Shown: in pieces, positions 58,163 through 64,000 of the stretch
How the letters are laid out: each line of letters begins with the position of its first letter
Position numbering within the stretch: the first letter of the stretch is position 1
Source of the DNA: an uncultured Planctomycetaceae bacterium
GTDB taxonomy: Bacteria; Planctomycetota; Phycisphaerae; SM23-33
Length of the DNA stretch: 64,000 nucleotides
Direction of reading: 5' to 3'
Assembly (NCBI GenBank): GCA_964583095.1
Contig: CAZOVB010000001.1
Coordinates: 63,940 to 127,939, forward strand
Notes under the pieces: model-generated
Database searches by the model: none
The model's input: only the letters and a program-made list of their open reading frames with translations
What the model was told of the DNA's origin: nothing
Program-made: the position numbers and the translations under genes

Positions 58163-59851
58163 ATGGCCAAGTACACCATCGGCTTGGATTACGGAACGAA
58201 CTCCGCCCGGGCCCTGCTCGTGGCCGTCCACGACGGACGCGAGGTCGCCACGAGCGTCTTCGAATATCCCCAAGGCCAGGAGGGTATCTTCCTCAGCGAG
58301 GACCCCTGCCTGGCCCGGCAGCATCCACTGGACTACCTCAAGGCGGCCGAAGCGACCCTCAGGGACGTGGTCGCCCAGGCTGGAAAGATCGAGGAAGACT
58401 TTGACCCGGCCGATGTGATCGGCATCGGCGTGGATACGACAGGGTCCACCCCCATGCCCGTGGATGGACAGGGCCGGCCCCTCGTCGCTCAGGAGCGTTT
58501 CGCGGAGAACCTCAACGCAATGGCCTGGCTCTGGAAGGACCATACCTCGGTCGAGGAGGCCGAGGAGATTACCGAATTGGCCCGTCGGATCCGGCCTGAA
58601 TACCTTGCCAAGTGCGGCGGAACGTACTCCAGCGAGTGGTTCTTCGCCAAGATACTCCACTGTCTGCGGACCGATGCGGCGGTGTTCGAGGCGGCCGATA
58701 CCTGGGTCGAAATTGCCGACTGGATCCCGGCCAACCTCTCGGGCAACGCCGCCCGCAAAGACCTGGTCACCGGCATCTGCGCTGCGGGTCACAAAGCCAT
58801 GTTCCACCCCGCCTGGGGAGGATATCCGGACAAGGAGTTCCTCTCCAAGCTGGATCCGAGGCTTGGGGATCTGCGGGATCGACTCTCCGGAAAGGCCTTT
58901 GCGGTCGATACCCGCGCGGGAACGCTCAGCCCGCAATGGGCACAGAAGACGGGCCTTCGGGAAGGCACCGCCGTGGCGGTGGGAGCCTTTGATGCCCACC
59001 TGGGCGGCGTGGGTGCGGGCATTCGCCCGGGTACGCTCGTGAAGATCATGGGCACCAGTTGTTGTGACCTGATGGTGGCCGACCCGGCCAATGACGTTCC
59101 GGACATCCCGGGCCTCTGTGGAATCGTGCCCGGGAGCATCCTGCCCGGCATGATCGGGCTCGAGGCCGGTCAAAGCGCAGTGGGAGACCTGTACAACTGG
59201 TTCGTCAACTGCATCCAGCCCGGCGGACCTGAATCAGGTTCTCATGAAGCCTTGACACAAGAGGCTTCCAAGGCGGCTCCCGGGGCTTCGGGCCTTCTGG
59301 CGCTGGACTGGAACAACGGCAACCGCTGCGTCCTGGTCGATCAGCGACTCACCGGCCTGCTCATCGGCCAGACGCTCCACACTACCGGTGGAGAAATCTA
59401 CCGCGCCCTGATTGAATCGACCGCCTTCGGAGCCCTGCGAATCATCGAGCAGTTCGAGGCCCACTGCGTGCCGGTCAAGCAGGTGGTCAACTGTGGAGGC
59501 ATCGCCGAAAAGAACCCCCTGGCCATGCAGATCTACGCCGATGTGACCGGACGGGACATGATGGTTTCCCGCTCTGGACAGACCTGCGCATTGGGAGCTG
59601 CCATTGCTGCCGCGGTGGCTGCGGGCCTGGACGAAGGCGGCTATGCCAACTTCCCCGACGCCCAGCAGGCGATGACGGGCCTGAAACCCCATGTATATCA
59701 GCCCGAACCCAAGGCCCACGAAGTGTACCGGAAGCTCTACGGGCTTTATCACCAGTTGCACGATGCGTTCGCGGCGGGGATGCCTCCCCAGGCCCTTGGG
59801 AATGTCATGAAGGATCTGCTGGCAATCCGCGCACAGACGCGCAGAGGATAG
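58163..59851 (+). CDS. araB: Ribulokinase (FGGY carbohydrate kinase family)
   Basis: YTIGLDYGTNSARALLV N-terminus. 562 aa, AraB length. FGGY motifs (IMGTSCCDLM, NCGGIAEKNPLAMQIYADVTGR). Confidence 0.8.
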   Translation: MAKYTIGLDYGTNSARALLVAVHDGREVATSVFEYPQGQEGIFLSEDPCLARQHPLDYLKAAEATLRDVVAQAGKIEEDFDPADVIGIGVDTTGSTPMPVDGQGRPLVAQERFAENLNAMAWLWKDHTSVEEAEEITELARRIRPEYLAKCGGTYSSEWFFAKILHCLRTDAAVFEAADTWVEIADWIPANLSGNAARKDLVTGICAAGHKAMFHPAWGGYPDKEFLSKLDPRLGDLRDRLSGKAFAVDTRAGTLSPQWAQKTGLREGTAVAVGAFDAHLGGVGAGIRPGTLVKIMGTSCCDLMVADPANDVPDIPGLCGIVPGSILPGMIGLEAGQSAVGDLYNWFVNCIQPGGPESGSHEALTQEASKAAPGASGLLALDWNNGNRCVLVDQRLTGLLIGQTLHTTGGEIYRALIESTAFGALRIIEQFEAHCVPVKQVVNCGGIAEKNPLAMQIYADVTGRDMMVSRSGQTCALGAAIAAAVAAGLDEGGYANFPDAQQAMTGLKPHVYQPEPKAHEVYRKLYGLYHQLHDAFAAGMPPQALGNVMKDLLAIRAQTRRG

Positions 59852-59902
59852 ACCACGCACAAATGGTCGCTTCGCCCTCCTGCCCCTCTTCCAACCAAAG
59901 AC

Positions 59903-60172
59903 TCACTCGTGCGAACCGTCGGCTGTTGGAGCGGCCGGAGAGGAAAGACCCGGCTGGGGTTCCTGCGACTCGGGCTCAGGCTGGGAGTCGAATCCCGCAG
60001 CAGAAGCCATCTGATCCACTGCATCGGCCACTACCACTGCCGCTTCCCACATTGCTCTGCCGGCGCTGCAGGCCCCGCCGACCAGGTCGGGGCTCTCGGG
60101 CTGACGTCCCAGGTGGTAGCCACCGGTAAAGACAGCCAGCAGGATGATCAGGGCAAACAATCTGCGGATCAC
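59903..60172 (-). CDS. Possible small membrane protein
   Basis: N-terminal TM (LFALIILLAVFTGGY), P/E/S-rich tail. Support is the ORF only. Confidence 0.25.
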   Translation of the reverse strand: MIRRLFALIILLAVFTGGYHLGRQPESPDLVGGACSAGRAMWEAAVVVADAVDQMASAAGFDSQPEPESQEPQPGLSSPAAPTADGSHE

Positions 60173-60444
60173 AGCAGCACTCTCCCGCGTGTGGGGGACT
60201 TTTTATTCCTCCGGCCTCCATGCCGCAAGTCCATGATTATTCCTATTTTACGATCCCCCATTCGTTCAGGACATTCTAAAGGCCTCGCGTGGACTTTTCA
60301 ACCGGGGGAATCGGCTCATTTTGGTAGGTGCTTTGCTACCTTCTGCAAATCTTCTTCTGGAATCGCCGCTTCGTCCGACAATAGCACTGAATCCACAGTG
60401 AAAATTGTTCCCTGGTCCCCCGGAGCCGACAAGGACGAAACAAC

Positions 60445-61272
60445 ATGTATACCGACTTCTTCAAACTCCAGGACGAGCCCTTCCGCCTGACCCCCGACCC
60501 CCGGTACCTGTATATGACGGTGCAGCACCAGGAGGCCCTGAACCACCTGACATACGGTATATACCAGAAAAAGGGCTTCACCTGCCTGACCGGGGAGGTC
60601 GGAACCGGAAAGACCACCCTCCTGCGTCACCTGCTGGACGAACTGGAACGCGACGGCAAGATCCACACCGCCTTGATCTTCAACCCCGCCCTGACCGAAG
60701 TACAGATGCTTCGCAGCATTGTCGAGGAGTTCGGCATCAGCATCCGCAGGCAGGACCGCCTGAGCCTTCTGCGAGCCATCAACCGATTCCTGCTGGACTG
60801 CAAGAAGAACGGCGAGACGGCCGTGCTGCTCATCGACGAAGCCCAGGACATCCCACCCAAGACCCTGGAGATGTGCAGGCTGTTGAGCAATCTGGAAACC
60901 AAGACAGAGAAACTGCTCCAGATCGTCCTGGTGGGTCAGCCCGAACTGCGCGACACGCTGGAAAAACCCGAGTTTCGACAGCTCTCCCAGCGCATCGCGG
61001 TCCGCTATCACCTGGCCCAGATGAATGAGGGCGACACCGAAGAATACATTCGCCATCGCCTCGCCGTGGCCGGCCAGACCGACGAAGGCAAGGAAAAAGG
61101 CATCCGATTCGATCGGGGCGCCTACCGCGAGATCTATCGATTTTCGGCCGGGACCCCCCGACTGGTCAATGTGCTGGGCGACAAAGTCCTCCTGGCCGGA
61201 TACATCTACCAGACCGGACGGATCAACCGCAAGATCGTACGCAAGGCCGCCGACGAACTCAAAGGGATGTAA
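60445..61272 (+). CDS. ExeA/GspA-type AAA ATPase (secretin-assembly / T2SS protein A family)
   Basis: LTGEVGTGKTTLLRHL Walker A. LLIDEAQD Walker B. 275 aa. Confidence 0.8.
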   Translation: MYTDFFKLQDEPFRLTPDPRYLYMTVQHQEALNHLTYGIYQKKGFTCLTGEVGTGKTTLLRHLLDELERDGKIHTALIFNPALTEVQMLRSIVEEFGISIRRQDRLSLLRAINRFLLDCKKNGETAVLLIDEAQDIPPKTLEMCRLLSNLETKTEKLLQIVLVGQPELRDTLEKPEFRQLSQRIAVRYHLAQMNEGDTEEYIRHRLAVAGQTDEGKEKGIRFDRGAYREIYRFSAGTPRLVNVLGDKVLLAGYIYQTGRINRKIVRKAADELKGM

Positions 61273-61273
61273 T

Positions 61274-62404
61274 ATGAGTCTGATCCACGAAGCCCTCAAA
61301 CGCGCCGAAGCCGAACGAACACAGGATTCGTACAGCCCGCCGCCCATCGACAAGCCCGAGCCGAAGGTTGCTGTTCCCCGCGCCCGGCAGCGATCCAAAC
61401 GTTTCTCCGGCCGATGGGTTGGAATCCTCGCCGCCGGCTGCATTGTTGCTCTCTGTGCCGGGGCGGCCACCTGGGCGGTGATGGCGTTTGCGGGCAGCGC
61501 CCCTGGCCCCCAGCCGGCCTGGGGTCTGGACACCCGTATTCCCGCCCGGGAAGTCTCACCGGATCTGCCCGGACGCCCGGAATCGGTCGTACCCGATTTG
61601 CAGCGGTCCACCCCGAGAGAGACGGTTGATCAGGGCCCCACCTGTTCCGACACACCACAGGAGTCCCAAGGCCAACCCGAAGTGAACACTTACCCCCAAC
61701 CCCGCAATGCCACCGGGTCCTATGAACCTGAGCCCAATCCTCTGATCACCCTTGAGCAGTGGGAGCAGATGACTTCGGCCTCCAATCGCGCCGTGGCCGG
61801 CGTGCTGGAAGATTTCGCAGCCATCGGTCCGGGCTTTGGAGCCTTGTGCCAGGACCTGGGCGCTTTCGTCCGGACGCAGAAGCATGCCCAGTATGAACTG
61901 GCCCTGGAAGCCCAGCGACGCCGGGAGATCGAGCGTAAGAAGCGCGAAGAAGCCGGATTGGCTGCTGAAAAAGCCCGCGCTGATCAGCTCGCCCAGCAGA
62001 AGGCTCAGGCCCAGAAGCAGGAACAGCTTCGAAAGCAGGCTCAGGCCAAGCGAGAGCAGGAGCTTCGCGCCCAGGCCGAGGCACGCAGGCAGGAAGAACT
62101 CCGCAAGCAAGAACTCGCTCGCCGGGAAGAAGAAGCCCGTCGCCGGCAGGAGCAGGAATCCTCCGCTGTCGTGACGGCCGGTCCGGGTACTCCCAACGGC
62201 AGCGATGCCCAGGCCTCTTCAGACGGCCAGGAGCCCGAATTCATTCTCAATGCGATTCTGCTTTCCTATGAGCGAACCTACGCGGTGATCAACAACAAGG
62301 CCTACCGGCTCAACGAGACGGTCAACGGTGCGAAGGTGATTCACATCGAGCGAACAATGGCCAAGCTGCTCTACAAGGGCAAGGTGATTGTTCTTCGGCT
62401 CTGA
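61274..62404 (+). CDS. GspB/ExeB-like membrane protein (TM + charged coiled coil + GspB-type C-terminal domain)
   Basis: Starts 2 nt after the exeA-like stop. N-terminal SLIHEALKRAE amphipathic segment. TM (WVGILAAGCIVALCAGAATWAVMAF). KR/EQ-rich coiled coil. C-terminal ILNAILLSYERTYAVINNKAYRLNETVNGAKVIHIERTMAKLLYKGKVIVLRL resembles the GspB C-domain. Confidence 0.55.
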   Translation: MSLIHEALKRAEAERTQDSYSPPPIDKPEPKVAVPRARQRSKRFSGRWVGILAAGCIVALCAGAATWAVMAFAGSAPGPQPAWGLDTRIPAREVSPDLPGRPESVVPDLQRSTPRETVDQGPTCSDTPQESQGQPEVNTYPQPRNATGSYEPEPNPLITLEQWEQMTSASNRAVAGVLEDFAAIGPGFGALCQDLGAFVRTQKHAQYELALEAQRRREIERKKREEAGLAAEKARADQLAQQKAQAQKQEQLRKQAQAKREQELRAQAEARRQEELRKQELARREEEARRRQEQESSAVVTAGPGTPNGSDAQASSDGQEPEFILNAILLSYERTYAVINNKAYRLNETVNGAKVIHIERTMAKLLYKGKVIVLRL

Positions 62405-62417
62405 GCAGGAGGGAAAC

Positions 62418-63995
62418 CTACTGCTCGCCCTCCTCCGGGCCGGGAATACGGGGGCGGGGGAACATTTTCTCGAAGTCCAGATTCTGTTTGCGGCACTGCC
62501 GCCGGAGCGGGTCGGCTACTGCGTCGTAGACCATTACTGCCAGTGGGAATCCGCTGCCGTCGCCACTGGCAGGGCGAACCATCAGGAAACTCGAAGCTTC
62601 GGCCCAGAGGCGACTCCTGGCTTCCAGCGAAAGGTCGTATCGCAATGCCCTGGGATAGGTCATCATCTGATACAGGACATCCGCGGCGATGTAGTCCAAT
62701 GTCCGCACCTGGGTACGTTCAGGCATGAGAGACTGGAAGGCGTTGTAGATCGGATCGATGTAGGCAGCCTTGACCCGGTTGTACTCTGCCCGGCCCTGGC
62801 CACTTGCAGCCAAGGCGGCAAAACCTCGGGCAAAGGCGACCCCCAGGGCGGTCCGGGCCTGGGCGGTGGTCAGGAAGGAATCGTTCTCCAGCCAGAGCCT
62901 CACATGCTCCAGAGCCGTATCCACCTTCCACCAGGCATCGTCGTCATACTTGTAGTTATCCTTGATCCACTGGAAGTATTCATTTGCCTCTTCCTGTCGA
63001 TCCGCGATAACAAGCATCAGCATCACGTCTCGAAGATAGCCTAGATGGGCAGCAGAGAATTGCGTCTCGCTCATCGGGACTTCCTTGCCCTGCGTTTCCA
63101 GAACGACGCGCTGGAATTCCTTGACGAGTTTCACGAACTGCCGGTGTGTGGCAGGTATGTAACGGGGATCATAGGCTCGATCCACCTGTGGATTGTCCGG
63201 GTCGTCGGGATTTACCATGTACCTCAAACGTCCGAAGGCCGTCATCTGCTTCATGCAGCTCAGCTCGATGCGGTTGGTGTTCAGGGGCGTCGCCTGGGTG
63301 ATGTCCGGTACGTCGGATTTCTCCAGTCCGATCGCCGCCCAGTACATCCCATGGGGCCAGGGCAGACGCCAGTCCAGCGGTACATTGTGTTTTTCCATTA
63401 ACCCCAGCATGAACCGCGGATCCATCTTGTACTTGTTCCAAAGGATCTGGGAACGTACCCAGTCAAGCAGTCGCTTTCGCTGCAGAGCATACGCGTCGCT
63501 GTTGATCCATTCGGCAATCGAAGCCTCGGCTTCGTTCCGAGGGGCCCTGCGGTTCCGCGGGCCCCAGGCGCGGAGCACCTCTTCATCCAAACTGAAACGA
63601 TGCCAGGCTTCCAGCAGGGACGCATCTACCTCAAGCCCCGTCGCACGAAGCTTTGATACGTACTCCGCGGCTTTGGGGTCGGCATCCAGGATCTTCTCGA
63701 CAAGGACATCTTCCTGGAACCGGCCCTCCTTGCGAGGCCGGGATGGGTCACGGTCCAGGGGCGCTTCGGCGATCCCGCGGAACCAGTCAATAACGTCCTG
63801 GGTGCTTCCTACCGGGGGCGAACCGAAGACCTTGTGCATCTCCGCCGCCCATCGTCGCTTCAGAGCACGGTGCATCTCGTCGGTGTCCCCGCCGATCTTG
63901 CTCATGAAGATCCAACTGAGTTCCTTGTACAGGTAGATCGAGTCGGGGTTGATCGGGATCGCTTCGTCCCGCAACAGCGCCATGCCATTGCTCAC
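62418..63995 (-). CDS. Conserved hypothetical protein (W/Y-rich, alpha-helical). The 5' end may run off the window.
   Basis: 525 aa ORF with consistent coding bias. No motif I recognise. The frame stays open upstream to the window edge (GTG at 63995, ATG at 63983). Confidence 0.5.
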   Translation of the reverse strand: MSNGMALLRDEAIPINPDSIYLYKELSWIFMSKIGGDTDEMHRALKRRWAAEMHKVFGSPPVGSTQDVIDWFRGIAEAPLDRDPSRPRKEGRFQEDVLVEKILDADPKAAEYVSKLRATGLEVDASLLEAWHRFSLDEEVLRAWGPRNRRAPRNEAEASIAEWINSDAYALQRKRLLDWVRSQILWNKYKMDPRFMLGLMEKHNVPLDWRLPWPHGMYWAAIGLEKSDVPDITQATPLNTNRIELSCMKQMTAFGRLRYMVNPDDPDNPQVDRAYDPRYIPATHRQFVKLVKEFQRVVLETQGKEVPMSETQFSAAHLGYLRDVMLMLVIADRQEEANEYFQWIKDNYKYDDDAWWKVDTALEHVRLWLENDSFLTTAQARTALGVAFARGFAALAASGQGRAEYNRVKAAYIDPIYNAFQSLMPERTQVRTLDYIAADVLYQMMTYPRALRYDLSLEARSRLWAEASSFLMVRPASGDGSGFPLAVMVYDAVADPLRRQCRKQNLDFEKMFPRPRIPGPEEGEQ

Positions 63996-64000
63996 CCAAT

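Noticed and set aside
59909-60490. 193 aa plus-strand ORF overlapping the exeA-like start
   Set aside because: It overlaps the small minus-strand ORF and the exeA start. It is low-complexity and has no motifs.
1-64000. tRNA/rRNA/CRISPR/IS elements
   Set aside because: I looked for T-loop-like GGTTCGAATCC motifs on both strands, for regularly spaced direct repeats, and for transposase or integrase-like ORFs. I found none. The only repeats are short (the 9-mer x2.5 and the homopolymers).

Overview
This is a 64 kb, high-GC bacterial chromosomal segment. Coding density is about 90%, genes sit on both strands, and there are many long spurious antisense ORFs typical of high-GC DNA. The gene content suggests a PVC-superphylum (Planctomycetota-like) organism: many secreted or membrane hypothetical proteins, an ECF sigma/anti-sigma pair, PF12831-type FAD oxidoreductase, a heparinase II/III-like protein, and tandem URO-D paralogs. 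This taxonomic call is an inference, not something I could search. I could support about 50 CDS. I found no rRNA, tRNA, CRISPR array, transposase or integrase.

The recognisable genes fall into these groups:
- **Housekeeping:** uvrA, aroB, pyrD, phosphomannomutase, dtd, pdxJ, dapA, araB, araD, yjbQ, ridA and a J-domain cochaperone.
- **Chemotaxis:** a 3'-truncated CheB-CheR fusion and a divergent CheV.
- **Alpha-glucan cluster:** GT4 glycogen-synthase-like glycosyltransferase, a GH57 protein and a glycogen debranching enzyme.
- **XylR-controlled glycan unit:** FAD-oxidoreductase/discoidin protein plus a GH30-like hydrolase.
- **Envelope and secretion:** NodT-type outer-membrane efflux lipoprotein, OprO/P porin, a large VIT-vWA protein, ExeA/GspB-like proteins and an S41 protease.
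- **Regulators:** WYL-HTH, IclR, ECF sigma with anti-sigma, XylR-type AraC, and an REC-GGDEF response regulator.

The main things I flag for a second look are:
- an orphan CbbQ/NorQ-type AAA+ ATPase with a CbbO/NorD-type VWA partner, next to tandem URO-D paralogs;
- an IclR-linked operon of an Fe-S QueG/RdhA-like protein and a Cys-rich U32-like protein;
- a WYL regulator inside an outer-membrane-factor / dtd unit;
- a degenerate MNT nucleotidyltransferase remnant fused to the stop of a HEAT-repeat gene upstream of uvrA;
- a 770 bp noncoding island carrying C10 and G7 homopolymer tracts.

All functional calls come from motifs I recognise by eye. I could not run any database search.
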